Under the pieces are notes generated by a model. That model saw only the letters and a program-made list of their open reading frames with translations, ran no database searches and was not told where the DNA came from. Shown one piece after another: positions 55,496-64,000 of a DNA stretch of 64,000 nt. The stretch is from a virus. Positions within the stretch are counted from its first letter, which is position 1. Every line of letters starts with the position of its first letter. The stretch lies in IMG/VR virus record IMGVR_UViG_3300028800_000002, positions 122,444 to 186,443 of that record; one strand, given 5' to 3'. The translations under genes and the position numbers were made by a program.

Positions 55496-55772
55496 CCCAG
55501 ATACGCAGCCCTGGTGGGGAAAGACTCAAACCCCTAATACGGTGGCTCAGAAAATGGAGAGAGCCATGATCGGCGCAAGCCAGAGGGCTATCACTGAGAG
55601 AGAACGGCAGCTGAAGGAAGCTGACTACAACAAGTACTTGGAGTATGTGCGAAGCAACCCTGCGATACCCATGAAAGAAGTCTATGATGCAGTACCTGAA
55701 TCGAACCGACGGCGAGAAACTCCACCTGGCTACCGCTATCTGCGAGTACCTCAACGACCTAATCGCCCATGA
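55467..55772 (+). CDS. Hypothetical protein
   Basis: 101 aa, basic N-terminus MSRRKKKG. Confidence 0.5.
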   Translation: MSRRKKKGHSPDTQPWWGKTQTPNTVAQKMERAMIGASQRAITERERQLKEADYNKYLEYVRSNPAIPMKEVYDAVPESNRRRETPPGYRYLRVPQRPNRP

Positions 55773-56025
55773 CGTGGATGCCGTGCACAATCTCTGCGAG
55801 AATAGGGTGCCGTGCAACATGAAGCTAACCAAGCACCCGACTGTCCAGGTTGTGGCCACTTGTTGTGCCCCGCCTATGGTTGGGCTGATAGGCATTCTCA
55901 ATGGATTCATTGGAACACAGGAGGATGGGTGGGGTTACATAGCAGGCAGATACGGAGACGACGGGAAGTTGCTTGGGTTTGATCTCGCCGATAAATTCGA
56001 ACGCATCCCTGAACGAGAAGGTTAG
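55684..56025 (+). CDS. Hypothetical protein
   Basis: HPTVQV...VGLIGILNGFIG...GYIA globular pattern. Confidence 0.6.
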   Translation: MMQYLNRTDGEKLHLATAICEYLNDLIAHDVDAVHNLCENRVPCNMKLTKHPTVQVVATCCAPPMVGLIGILNGFIGTQEDGWGYIAGRYGDDGKLLGFDLADKFERIPEREG

Positions 56026-56302
56026 CGTGCACACCATGTACAACTCAATTAGGTACTTAGCCAATCCCAAGAATCCTATACGTGATGTGCTGCGAGCCAT
56101 GACTGGTAAGAAGCCACCGGATTACGTAAAGGGCTATGACTTCTCAAACCTGACTAGTGCTCAGCGGGATAGGCTGCAGGATTGGGCAGTAAACAATGTG
56201 AGGCCCACGTGGCTGACTGGTATTGGTCTTATTGAGGCTGCTGAAAAGCAGGTCAAAGAGGCAGTGGACAACGCTAATATCCCACCCGAAAGTGTGACAT
56301 GA
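55973..56302 (+). CDS. Hypothetical protein (start probably near 56026)
   Basis: Stop overlaps exonuclease start. Confidence 0.55.
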   Translation: MGLISPINSNASLNEKVSVHTMYNSIRYLANPKNPIRDVLRAMTGKKPPDYVKGYDFSNLTSAQRDRLQDWAVNNVRPTWLTGIGLIEAAEKQVKEAVDNANIPPESVT

Positions 56303-57021
56303 GACGAGCATTATTAGTAGACACAGAAACCACCGGAGTCGACCGTAACGGCAATTGGATTGTGGAGATAGCTGCCATCCTGTACAGCCTGGAGTTTGCG
56401 ACACCTATTACTTCATTCTCAGGGCTCATACCCGGCGATACAAACGCAGCAGAGGAGTTCAATTGGATCTCCCCACTCCTACTAAAGCAGTCCATAAGTT
56501 TGGGCGCCACTTGCGCCATGCTTGACGAGATGCAAATGGCTGCGGATGTTGTAATGGCCCATAGCGCCAAGTTCGACCATGACTTCGTGACACAAGAGGC
56601 CTATTGGGGCTTTGACTGGGACCGACTCCCTTGGGTTTGCTCAATGCGTGATATCCAATGGCCAAAGGCTGGGAATCATCGCAACCTAGTGGCATTGGCC
56701 CTGCTACACGGAGTTCCTGTAGTTGCCGCGCATAGGGCATTGACTGATTGTGACATCCTTGCGCGGCTACTCACACGCGTCAGCGAGCAAGGGGAGGATT
56801 TGCCTTCTATGCTCAAGCGTGCCCTGCGCCCCAAGGCGCTGGTTGAGGCCCTGACCACAAAGGAGGAAAAGGACATCACTTACCGCTATGGGTTTGACTA
56901 CGATCCTAAGCAATACAAGACCCTTCGGGAGATGCCTGCAGAGGACATCGACGCTCTTCCTTTCAAGTGTAAAATTCTCAAGGACAAGGTCCCACAGCTA
57001 GGAGCTGTCTATGATCACTAA
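56299..57021 (+). CDS. DEDDh 3'-5' exonuclease (DnaQ-like)
   Basis: LVDTETTG, AHSAKFD, AHRALTD. Confidence 0.9.
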   Translation: MRRALLVDTETTGVDRNGNWIVEIAAILYSLEFATPITSFSGLIPGDTNAAEEFNWISPLLLKQSISLGATCAMLDEMQMAADVVMAHSAKFDHDFVTQEAYWGFDWDRLPWVCSMRDIQWPKAGNHRNLVALALLHGVPVVAAHRALTDCDILARLLTRVSEQGEDLPSMLKRALRPKALVEALTTKEEKDITYRYGFDYDPKQYKTLREMPAEDIDALPFKCKILKDKVPQLGAVYDH

Positions 57022-57643
57022 GTATGTAGCTGGGTTCATGTTTGACATGCGTAATAAGCTAGTGGCATTAGTGCAGAAGGATAGGCCCAATTGGCAGAAG
57101 GGTTTGTTCAACGCCATTGGTGGGCATGTCGAGGAGAATGAAGCACCCTTGGACGCCATGGTGCGGGAGTTCAAGGAGGAGACAGGGCTCGTTACAGCCC
57201 GAGAAGCTTGGAGACATTACGCCAAGCTGACTGGGAGTAATGACGGCGGGTGGGAAGTTGATTGGTTCTGGGCTCTATCGCTGGAGAAGACATTGAGAGA
57301 AGCCAGGGCGCCTGGGGTTGAGCCCATTTACGTGCTGGCCACTACTGCTGTGTCTGGTAGGTACATACCGACGGTGGCCAACCTGCCCTGGCTGTTGGAG
57401 ATGGCACTAGTTAGCATCTCCGGCGTTGACCGCTGCGGCTTTCATCTGATCACAGAGCACATTCAAGTGGCCCTGCTGTGTGCTTCACCGATGAGAAAGA
57501 GTAGGGCTCGAAAGATAAGTAGCGCGCATGCTTGGCTGTTCCACTGGATGGGCGTTACCCTAGCAATAGAGTGCGCTCAGTGTACGTCCGTCAGTTTGAA
57601 GTCAAACACACGCTATGGACCGATAGCCAGACACGTAGGCTAG
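57011..57643 (+). CDS. Nudix hydrolase
   Basis: Nudix box GGHVEENEAPLDAMVREFKEETGL. Confidence 0.9.
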   Translation: MITKYVAGFMFDMRNKLVALVQKDRPNWQKGLFNAIGGHVEENEAPLDAMVREFKEETGLVTAREAWRHYAKLTGSNDGGWEVDWFWALSLEKTLREARAPGVEPIYVLATTAVSGRYIPTVANLPWLLEMALVSISGVDRCGFHLITEHIQVALLCASPMRKSRARKISSAHAWLFHWMGVTLAIECAQCTSVSLKSNTRYGPIARHVG

Positions 57644-57770
57644 TGGCCTCTGTTCAAGAAGGTCTTGAGTTCACTCCAGAGCCTGAAATGCCAGCAGAGG
57701 CATTCTGCCTATGGGATAATGAGCCATCCTTGGCCTCTTCTCCTTGTCTTTTTGATGAGGGCTATACCTG

Positions 57771-57983
57771 ATGACTAAAGATAAGCCTAAGAAGAAAATG
57801 GACAGGCAACTTGAGCGAACGAAGTCATTTGTGCAGGCACAGTCGCAAGGCTATACCTCTGACGAGATATGTAATGCCCTTGACTTAGAGGAATCCATCG
57901 CAGCGTTCGTAGATAGAGAGCCTGTGCGTACCAAGAATGCTGCTTTACAGATGTTGATCAATTACGCGAGACACCCTGTATGA
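57771..57983 (+). CDS. Small hypothetical protein
   Basis: 70 aa, SD GAGG. Confidence 0.5.
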   Translation: MTKDKPKKKMDRQLERTKSFVQAQSQGYTSDEICNALDLEESIAAFVDREPVRTKNAALQMLINYARHPV

Positions 57984-58285
57984 GCTACACATCCCTAGAT
58001 CATCAACTACCTTCCCACGAAGATGTTGTCGGGTCTAAGATGGAGGACAGTGTGGAGTTGTACCTTCAACGACAAGAGCTGATTCGACTAGCCAAAGAAT
58101 CTGTGCGCACTTTTGTGGGTTCTTATGTGAGCAGTATCCCAAATGTACAAAACTTCAAAGTTGAAGACTGTCAAGTTGATCGAATTGACCCGACTAGGAT
58201 CGAGTTATCGGTTACCGTACAGCCGACACCCGACTACGTAGAACTGTCATTCGTAATATCGGAGGATCCATGCAAGGTAGTTTAG
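57980..58285 (+). CDS. Hypothetical protein
   Basis: ATGA coupling. Confidence 0.55.
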   Translation: MSYTSLDHQLPSHEDVVGSKMEDSVELYLQRQELIRLAKESVRTFVGSYVSSIPNVQNFKVEDCQVDRIDPTRIELSVTVQPTPDYVELSFVISEDPCKVV

Positions 58286-58767
58286 CCGAGCAGGCTCCAA
58301 GCCCTGTTGTCATCACGCAAGCGCGAATGCTTGAATTTACGTTTGAAGGGATATACCCAGCCGAGCTCCTAACAAGAAGAGACTTCTTCAGTTCCCCGAA
58401 GTTGGATAAACTGAGCAAGTGGCTACTAAACCACGGCTGGAGCCTTCACCCGTTAGCGTTTGGGTACGCCAGCGGTTGGAGCTATGGCAACCAAACTCCT
58501 TTTACAACTACGCTTAGTCTACGAGAGGCAATACTGTCGAATGCGGCGCACCTGGTGGAGGAACACTTGTCCAGCATCGGGTACCACGTAGTTAGGAGTA
58601 GCTTGGGCCACGTTTGGCCCAATCATTCTCATGCTGCAATTGCTCCTGGGGAATATACCAAGAACAAAAGGAGGCCCAAGCGTGGCAAGCATTGGATGTC
58701 TTTGCGGGCGGCTGCCAGGCAAGCAGGGTTGTTCCCCCCGCACCACAAGTTTGTTACCAATGGCTGA
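58270..58767 (+). CDS. Hypothetical protein
   Basis: SD GGAGG. Confidence 0.55.
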   Translation: MQGSLAEQAPSPVVITQARMLEFTFEGIYPAELLTRRDFFSSPKLDKLSKWLLNHGWSLHPLAFGYASGWSYGNQTPFTTTLSLREAILSNAAHLVEEHLSSIGYHVVRSSLGHVWPNHSHAAIAPGEYTKNKRRPKRGKHWMSLRAAARQAGLFPPHHKFVTNG

Positions 58768-59014
58768 TTACACTGAAATGTCCAGGCAGTTGGTGTCTCA
58801 CGAGGATGCTCAGGCGTTGGCTATTGAGGAGGAGATTGAGAGGTACCAAAGACCCAAATGGCCGTACTGGTCTGACTTGTCTGACTGGCCTAACCTTGAC
58901 GTGGCTGGTGTGGGTATTGCAAAAGGCCAACTCTTCATTCCACATCACTACGTGGTGACTCGTATTCATGACGAGTTCATCCTAGAAATATGTAAGTACA
59001 GGCGCAATGGTTGA
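58760..59014 (+). CDS. Hypothetical protein
   Basis: Start moved to MADYTE. Confidence 0.55.
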   Translation: MADYTEMSRQLVSHEDAQALAIEEEIERYQRPKWPYWSDLSDWPNLDVAGVGIAKGQLFIPHHYVVTRIHDEFILEICKYRRNG

Positions 59015-59273
59015 AGTAGCAGTTCCGGACTTCATTCGAGAAGCAGTGTCACAACTTGACAGTCCAAAGCAGGCGGCGCTGCTCCTGAAGATACTGAAGT
59101 CTCACAACAGGCTAGGTATATACATGACAGCAGAACGCCTGAGTGAGTTGGTCAAACAAATAAAGAATATTGATCACCGAGAAACTTCTCTAGCAGAACT
59201 GGGCATTTTGGAAGTGTCTGCAATCGACGTTGACTCCGCTGAGATACTTGATGGCACAGTTCACAAGAAGTGA
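59007..59273 (+). CDS. Hypothetical protein
   Basis: 88-aa ORF. Confidence 0.55.
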   Translation: MVEVAVPDFIREAVSQLDSPKQAALLLKILKSHNRLGIYMTAERLSELVKQIKNIDHRETSLAELGILEVSAIDVDSAEILDGTVHKK

Positions 59274-59505
59274 ACGCCGAAAGGCTCGTGCTCTAGAGAA
59301 GTTGTTTCTTAGGAGGCAACCCAGCGCCCCAAAGCAAAATACCTTCTTCGCTAGTATAGACTACGCCTCAGTAGAGGAGAGATGCCTGGCCACAGTCTGT
59401 CTCATGCATCGGGAGAAGAACGGAGTGATCGTGGTAGATGCGCTTACTACTGAGGAAATCTATGGCTTCAAAGAGAAGGGTGGACACCAAAGTAGACTTC
59501 GATGA
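59251..59505 (+). CDS. Small protein with Arg-rich N-terminus
   Basis: MAQFTRSERRKARALEK. Confidence 0.5.
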   Translation: MAQFTRSERRKARALEKLFLRRQPSAPKQNTFFASIDYASVEERCLATVCLMHREKNGVIVVDALTTEEIYGFKEKGGHQSRLR

Positions 59506-59671
59506 CGACAAGGCTAGGCAGAGGTACGCGTTGGCACGATACGAGACCCCAAAGGGATCTGTGCCTTTTGTGTTCCTGCCCCCTGATGGAAAGCAGTGGC
59601 ATCCACAAGAGGTGAAATTCGCAGATGATGGCAGTTGGGTCTGCATTCTTTGGACACAACCAATTTACTGA
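59462..59671 (+). CDS. Small hypothetical protein
   Basis: Start MASKRR, SD GAGG. Confidence 0.5.
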   Translation: MASKRRVDTKVDFDDDKARQRYALARYETPKGSVPFVFLPPDGKQWHPQEVKFADDGSWVCILWTQPIY

Positions 59672-59678
59672 GGCCTCA

Positions 59679-59903
59679 ATGCCCAAAGTACAACTAGTTT
59701 TGCAGCACGATAACCCAGCCCTGGTCGAATCAGCTATTAGTGCCTCCGCAGATCTGTTTGCTGCACGCAAGGCACGCAAGGCACGCAGGTCCATGGATAT
59801 TGCTGGTCTCCGAGAGAATGTGGTGGCAGCCCAGATGGAGAAGACCATATTGCGCGCGGTAGCGGAAGACGAGGACAACATCGTAGAGTACGGTGATGAC
59901 TGA
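59679..59903 (+). CDS. Small hypothetical protein
   Basis: Start MPKVQL, SD GAGG. Confidence 0.5.
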   Translation: MPKVQLVLQHDNPALVESAISASADLFAARKARKARRSMDIAGLRENVVAAQMEKTILRAVAEDEDNIVEYGDD

Positions 59904-59908
59904 CCAAT

Positions 59909-60133
59909 ATGTCCGTAACTAGCAAGAATCGCCACAGACGTGAGCGCAAGCGAGCTAAACAGCGGGCTGTCGATAAGCTAGCCCGATCTTTAGAATCCAG
60001 GATAGTTGCTGGGGCACCACCAAGTAGGTGGGAAATACTATCTAAAGCATCGGATGCCGCAGTAGCACGCATGAGGAGGGTTGACATACTTTCGGGGAAC
60101 GCGGTAAAGTACAAGGACAAGCTCTATGTCTAA
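59909..60133 (+). CDS. Small protein with Arg-rich N-terminus
   Basis: MSVTSKNRHRRERKRAKQR. Confidence 0.5.
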   Translation: MSVTSKNRHRRERKRAKQRAVDKLARSLESRIVAGAPPSRWEILSKASDAAVARMRRVDILSGNAVKYKDKLYV

Positions 60134-60353
60134 GTTCACCATCGGCATGGTAGTTCAGCATAAGCTGGGAATACAACCCAGGTATTCTCCTAAGGTTCAG
60201 CCTGTGTACATAGCCGCCATCTTAGAAGGATTTGCCCAAGGATTCTCTGTGCACGAGATGGAGTCAGCCTTGGACGTAGAGGGCTCATTTTGCTCCAAGG
60301 CTGGGGTGTCTCTGTTGAAAGGGGCTGACGCTGACTATGACCTTTACCCGTAA
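60126..60353 (+). CDS. Small hypothetical protein
   Basis: 75 aa, overlaps neighbours. Confidence 0.5.
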   Translation: MSKFTIGMVVQHKLGIQPRYSPKVQPVYIAAILEGFAQGFSVHEMESALDVEGSFCSKAGVSLLKGADADYDLYP

Positions 60354-60543
60354 AGAGCGTAGGAAGGCTCGAGAGCTAGAACGCAGGGTAGCTTCAAGTA
60401 CGCACGGCAAAGACACTCTCGTGTCCATTGTCGATATAGACCCTGTCTCTCGACCGCTCAAGTTACGCTTTACAACAAGCGACACCACAACCTACATAGA
60501 CGCGGAGACCTACGAGCGCGTGGGAGGTAAGAAGCAGCCATGA
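60337..60543 (+). CDS. Small protein with Arg-rich N-terminus
   Basis: MTFTRKERRKARELE. Confidence 0.5.
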   Translation: MTFTRKERRKARELERRVASSTHGKDTLVSIVDIDPVSRPLKLRFTTSDTTTYIDAETYERVGGKKQP

Positions 60544-60695
60544 CGCGACCCAGCGCTGGGCAGCGTCGTAGAAAACGACGTAAGCGCAGGCAGCGACATC
60601 TCGCAAAGGTTGCCTGCCAGATGGAAGGTAGAATTAGCGGCACCATGGCTGGGCCCGTGGCAATGTACTGGGATCTATTCCCCCAGTTCATTTGA
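60540..60695 (+). CDS. 51-aa Arg-rich protein absent from ORF track
   Basis: MTRPSAGQRRRKRRKRRQRHLAK...; ATGA coupling with upstream stop. Confidence 0.5.
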   Translation: MTRPSAGQRRRKRRKRRQRHLAKVACQMEGRISGTMAGPVAMYWDLFPQFI

Positions 60696-60717
60696 TACTG
60701 AAAGTAAGGCACAGGAC

Positions 60718-61200
60718 ATGAGTTACTACCGAGTGATGCTTACCAACACTGGGGAGCTGCATTCGTGCATTGAGGTCCCCAAGGCTGAGTATACTGGCTC
60801 TCTCAGAGTTTACTTCTTAGAAGCATGTGACCAGACTATAGCGGTCCTCGTTGCTCAAGAACTCCATCGGGAGGAACAGAGGCAACGACAAAAGGCACGC
60901 AGGCACCGATACATCTCCGCTGGTAGGTGCCCAGACTGTGGTGGTAAGCCCAAGCGGCCACACAAGCATTGCCAGGAGTGCCTGGATAAGGTGGCTAGAG
61001 CCAAGGAGCGAAAGAGCGGCAAGCTCAAGACCTTGGCGCAACCCAAGTCTGTAGCGCTGGCAGTTACCCGCAGGAAGCGGGAAGATGAGGTCAGGCTGGC
61101 TCTCATTCAAACGTTATGGAAAGCGCTCTGTGATGACAAGGTTGACGTCTACGAATGGCTCAAGGCCAAACGTGAGTCATTGCTGAAAAGGACGAAGTGA
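60718..61200 (+). CDS. Hypothetical zinc-finger protein
   Basis: GRCPDCG...HCQEC; start moved to MSYYRV. Confidence 0.6.
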   Translation: MSYYRVMLTNTGELHSCIEVPKAEYTGSLRVYFLEACDQTIAVLVAQELHREEQRQRQKARRHRYISAGRCPDCGGKPKRPHKHCQECLDKVARAKERKSGKLKTLAQPKSVALAVTRRKREDEVRLALIQTLWKALCDDKVDVYEWLKAKRESLLKRTK

Positions 61201-61838
61201 TTGACATGAATACTGTGGATGTAAAAGCACTAGTTCAACGCTTGGGTTACAACGCAGATGGGTTACTCTTCATCAAAGAGGAGGATTGGCGTAAAAGGCA
61301 GCACAAGTATGGGGCTGAAGTCGCCCCAGAAGACATTGAAACGGCTAGGATGCTCCACAAGGAGCTAGGCATCTTGCCAAATAGTCATGAGCTTATACGC
61401 GGCTGGGTAGATCGTGGCTTTGGGGTCACCATAGGTGTGGTGCGTGGCTATTACATCGTCAGTTTGGATGACTGCACAGATGAGCCCAAGTGGTGGAGGA
61501 CCTTGGTGTTCACCTCTTTACATGATGCGAAAGCTGCCCTACTAGACGACAGCTATTCCATAGACAGCAATGTGGCTGCCCCTGCCCTTCCGCCGTATCG
61601 GGATATCCCTGTCAGTGTGGAGTCGAATATCGCTGAGCAATACAACAAGGATCAAGTCATTATCGTGACTTGGGACAAGAACCACAATACAACTCACGTT
61701 ACTACCTTCGATAAAACTAAAGACGATTGCCTGCAGGCGGCCGAGGGAGGCAATCGAGTGAAGAAGGCCTTAGGCTGGCCAGATGAGCTTTGTCACGCTG
61801 TGCCGGAGGCGGACGTTGTCTCGAAAAAGCCGGCGTGA
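61197..61838 (+). CDS. Hypothetical protein (possibly two fused small domains)
   Basis: GTGA coupling; 213 aa. Confidence 0.6.
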   Translation: MIDMNTVDVKALVQRLGYNADGLLFIKEEDWRKRQHKYGAEVAPEDIETARMLHKELGILPNSHELIRGWVDRGFGVTIGVVRGYYIVSLDDCTDEPKWWRTLVFTSLHDAKAALLDDSYSIDSNVAAPALPPYRDIPVSVESNIAEQYNKDQVIIVTWDKNHNTTHVTTFDKTKDDCLQAAEGGNRVKKALGWPDELCHAVPEADVVSKKPA

Positions 61839-62052
61839 GCGTAGACAAGCGAACAAAATAGCCTGCAGCGTAGAACGCACTCTTTTGCGCAAAGCAGAAC
61901 ATGAGAGCATGGAGCTATTTATGGATCCTGTTGAACGCGAGTATGGGGCTGCGCTAGCGAGGACGATGAGAATCTTTCAATTGCAGCCAGTCACCGTGAA
62001 GACTTACAGACTTGCGGAGTTTCTTCGAGATGTCTCTAAAAAGCAGGCGTAA
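61816..62052 (+). CDS. Small protein with Arg-rich N-terminus
   Basis: TTG start with SD GGAGG: MSRKSRRERRQANK. Confidence 0.5.
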   Translation: MSRKSRRERRQANKIACSVERTLLRKAEHESMELFMDPVEREYGAALARTMRIFQLQPVTVKTYRLAEFLRDVSKKQA

Positions 62053-62329
62053 GCGTAAGCGTAAGCACATGGCCAAGATCGAGAAGGCAATTGAGCGTTA
62101 CCTCAATCGGTTCGACCTCAATTCCCCGATCACTCTGGAGAATAGCCCGGACACGGTGGACGATATGTTTCTGGTTGGAAGAATCAACAGGCACCTGTTG
62201 GCCAGGGCCCTTTGTATTCTGACCAGTGGGACTTACGAGCAGGAATTCATGCAGATGTCTGACATGCGACAAGCTGAAGTACTTGCTGTGGCAAAGCGTA
62301 GTTACCTGCAGCAAAAAGCCGGGCATTGA
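62030..62329 (+). CDS. Hypothetical protein, paralog of 63548-63859
   Basis: IERYL...LENSPDTVDDMFLVGR...FMQMSDMRQAEVLAVAKR. Confidence 0.65.
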   Translation: MSLKSRRKRKRKHMAKIEKAIERYLNRFDLNSPITLENSPDTVDDMFLVGRINRHLLARALCILTSGTYEQEFMQMSDMRQAEVLAVAKRSYLQQKAGH

Positions 62330-62395
62330 CTTTGAATTTTGCAACGATCTTACTTAGCAATGACGTGTCTCAAAACAAGCAACATGGAGAAGCAG

Positions 62396-63247
62396 ATGTT
62401 ATCTAAATTAGTAACGTTTTTCGCGCTATTGGTGGTTTCATGTACGGCAGTACAATCAGGAACCGAGGACTCATCATCAGAGCAAAGTGGTCTTGGCGAG
62501 GTCAGAGCAAGCATACAAATTGCATCTGGAGTCGACATCACTCAAATCGCATACACGTTATCTTGCACGCCGATACCCGTCCCTAGCCAAGTGGCTACAG
62601 GAGTTTGGCAGGTCAACTCAGACATCAACGGCAGGGCAAAAGTGAATGGATCCATTGGAGGGCTCGACCCAAATGACACCTGCACCTTGGTGCTTTTGGC
62701 ACAAGATTCCTGGGGGCTAGCTCATGGAAACATCCAGAACTGCAGAGGTGAAGCCGATGGTCTGCCAGTCAGTGGCGGCGCAGTTCAAATGAATCTAACG
62801 TGTACCGACAACAGCGTTGCCGGGCCCAACTCAGGAAACCTTACAGCTGACATCACTGTATCGCAAGGAGCTCCTTACCAGTGCAGCGGCATTGCTTGGT
62901 ACTCGAGTGTGGAAGCCTATTCTCCCGTGCAGTATGTTGGAGACACCTTTGCTCTGAACATGGGAGTTACTGCCCCGACTTCTCCGCAAACTGTCACATG
63001 GACTAGCAGCAATGGTGGTGCTTACTGGTACCAAGGCAGCCTTTATGCGAACGTCTTCACCCTGACAGGCAACCAGGCGACAGACCCAGCCACAGCTGGA
63101 AATCCAGCGCAGATAATGCTTTGCTATACCAGCGGCCAATTCACCATTACCTTGACTGTCCAAGACCTGACTCAAGGCCTTCTCATCAATGGGCAGCCTG
63201 GGCTTTGCCCGGCCTACTCGAATACGTTCCCAATCACCTGCTACTAG
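62396..63247 (+). CDS. Predicted lipoprotein, Cys-containing beta-rich extracellular protein
   Basis: Signal peptide MLSKLVTFFALLVVS-C with lipobox VVSC; SD GGAG. Confidence 0.7.
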   Translation: MLSKLVTFFALLVVSCTAVQSGTEDSSSEQSGLGEVRASIQIASGVDITQIAYTLSCTPIPVPSQVATGVWQVNSDINGRAKVNGSIGGLDPNDTCTLVLLAQDSWGLAHGNIQNCRGEADGLPVSGGAVQMNLTCTDNSVAGPNSGNLTADITVSQGAPYQCSGIAWYSSVEAYSPVQYVGDTFALNMGVTAPTSPQTVTWTSSNGGAYWYQGSLYANVFTLTGNQATDPATAGNPAQIMLCYTSGQFTITLTVQDLTQGLLINGQPGLCPAYSNTFPITCY

Positions 63248-63320
63248 CAACCGTCCAGTACCCAGCCGCGCTTCATGTCACCCATGGGGCGCGCCTGGGC
63301 CTGCTATTCGAGGACAAGTG

Positions 63321-63551
63321 ATGCTCGACTACACCCCGCCAGAGTTCCAACTTATCTCTCATGAAGATGTAATTGCCATGGATCTAGAGCAGACTTTTGC
63401 CTACGCGGAAACGCGCAAGCTTGTCGCAGAGTTCGTCAAAGAGATGATAGGAGCCAGGCTTAGTGACTCCTTTCGAGTATTCCCTGTCGAGCAAATCTCT
63501 GAAGAAGAATTGGGTATCGATCTCTACAAGAAACTAGGTATTACCAAATGA
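63321..63551 (+). CDS. Small hypothetical protein
   Basis: Start moved to MLDYTP (SD GAGG). Confidence 0.5.
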   Translation: MLDYTPPEFQLISHEDVIAMDLEQTFAYAETRKLVAEFVKEMIGARLSDSFRVFPVEQISEEELGIDLYKKLGITK

Positions 63552-63859
63552 AGGTACTGAACACGAATGGGCAGCAGGTGCCAATCGATGACTTAGTGGG
63601 TGCCAAGATGGAGGCAACCATCAAGCGGTACCTTAGGAAGTACGATTCAAGTCGCCCTCCCTCAATCGAGAACAGCCCCGATACCGCAGAAGAAATGTTT
63701 CTCATTGGGCGCTTCAATATGCGGTTCCTTGCCATGGAGCTGGGTATATTCACCAGAGACGAGGATAAGGAGAACTTCATGCAGATGTCCAACTCTGAGC
63801 AGGCAGAGGCCCTGATTGCAGCAAAGCGGCGCTGGGAAAGAGACCATGGCCAGATTTAG
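63548..63859 (+). CDS. Hypothetical protein, paralog of 62030-62329
   Basis: IKRYL...IENSPDTAEEMFLIGR...FMQMSNSEQAEALIAAKR. Confidence 0.65.
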   Translation: MKVLNTNGQQVPIDDLVGAKMEATIKRYLRKYDSSRPPSIENSPDTAEEMFLIGRFNMRFLAMELGIFTRDEDKENFMQMSNSEQAEALIAAKRRWERDHGQI

Positions 63860-64000
63860 CCGCAAGCAGCGTAGGGAAGCCCGCAAGCTTGAACAAGTCC
63901 TGGCCAGAACTCTCAATCAGCCTAAGGCTATGGGAGTGAACTTCAAGACCGTCACCCAGGTGGAGGTACTGCCGGGCTTAGTCCGTATCGAAGGCACTGA
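63846..64000 (+). CDS. 3'-partial small protein with Arg-rich N-terminus
   Basis: MARFSRKQRREARKLEQ...; runs off window end. Confidence 0.5.
   Translation, partial: MARFSRKQRREARKLEQVLARTLNQPKAMGVNFKTVTQVEVLPGLVRIEGT

Noticed and set aside
62325-62360. Sigma-70 promoter (TTGACT) for the lipoprotein gene
   Set aside because: No convincing -10 hexamer at 16-18 nt spacing.
1-64000. tRNA or rRNA genes
   Set aside because: T-loop-like GTTCGA hits (e.g. near 25997 and 49049) lie inside ORFs without cloverleaf context; nothing rRNA-like seen.
1-64000. Alternative genetic code (stop-codon reassignment)
   Set aside because: Recognisable genes (thyX, rnhB, sheath, tape measure) are full length in the standard code and TAA, TAG and TGA all act as stops.
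1-64000. Prophage boundary, integrase or transposon
   Set aside because: No recombinase or transposase motifs, terminal inverted repeats or run of host housekeeping genes seen.

Overview
A 64-kb segment of a large tailed myovirus-like (probably jumbo) bacteriophage genome, densely coding, standard genetic code, mostly + strand. Recognisable modules: contractile tail genes (5'-partial sheath, tube, tail assembly chaperone with a -1 frameshift, tape measure, tube-initiator/baseplate hub-like genes); a cluster of low-complexity, probably internal-head proteins sharing a K-x-A/G motif; a sigma-70-family factor; nucleotide/DNA metabolism genes (dNMP kinase, thyX, RNase HII, DEDDh exonuclease, Nudix, DNA adenine methyltransferase); GroES; and about 60 small hypothetical ORFs. 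The most striking unexplained element is a mostly non-coding array at 51140-51512 on the - strand. It has a 37-38 nt period with two alternating short repeats (NATTGAACCR and ANNGAANN) separating two variable segments (9 nt and 10-11 nt). It sits directly downstream of, and partly inside, an uncharacterised 186-aa gene and is closed by an intrinsic terminator. This resembles TIGR-type dual-repeat guide arrays, but I found no Nop-domain (Tas) or Cas gene in the window. Many genes appear to be leaderless, with an extended -10 box 6-7 nt before the start codon. No tRNA, rRNA, integrase or canonical CRISPR was seen. All product calls come from manual motif recognition, not database searches.
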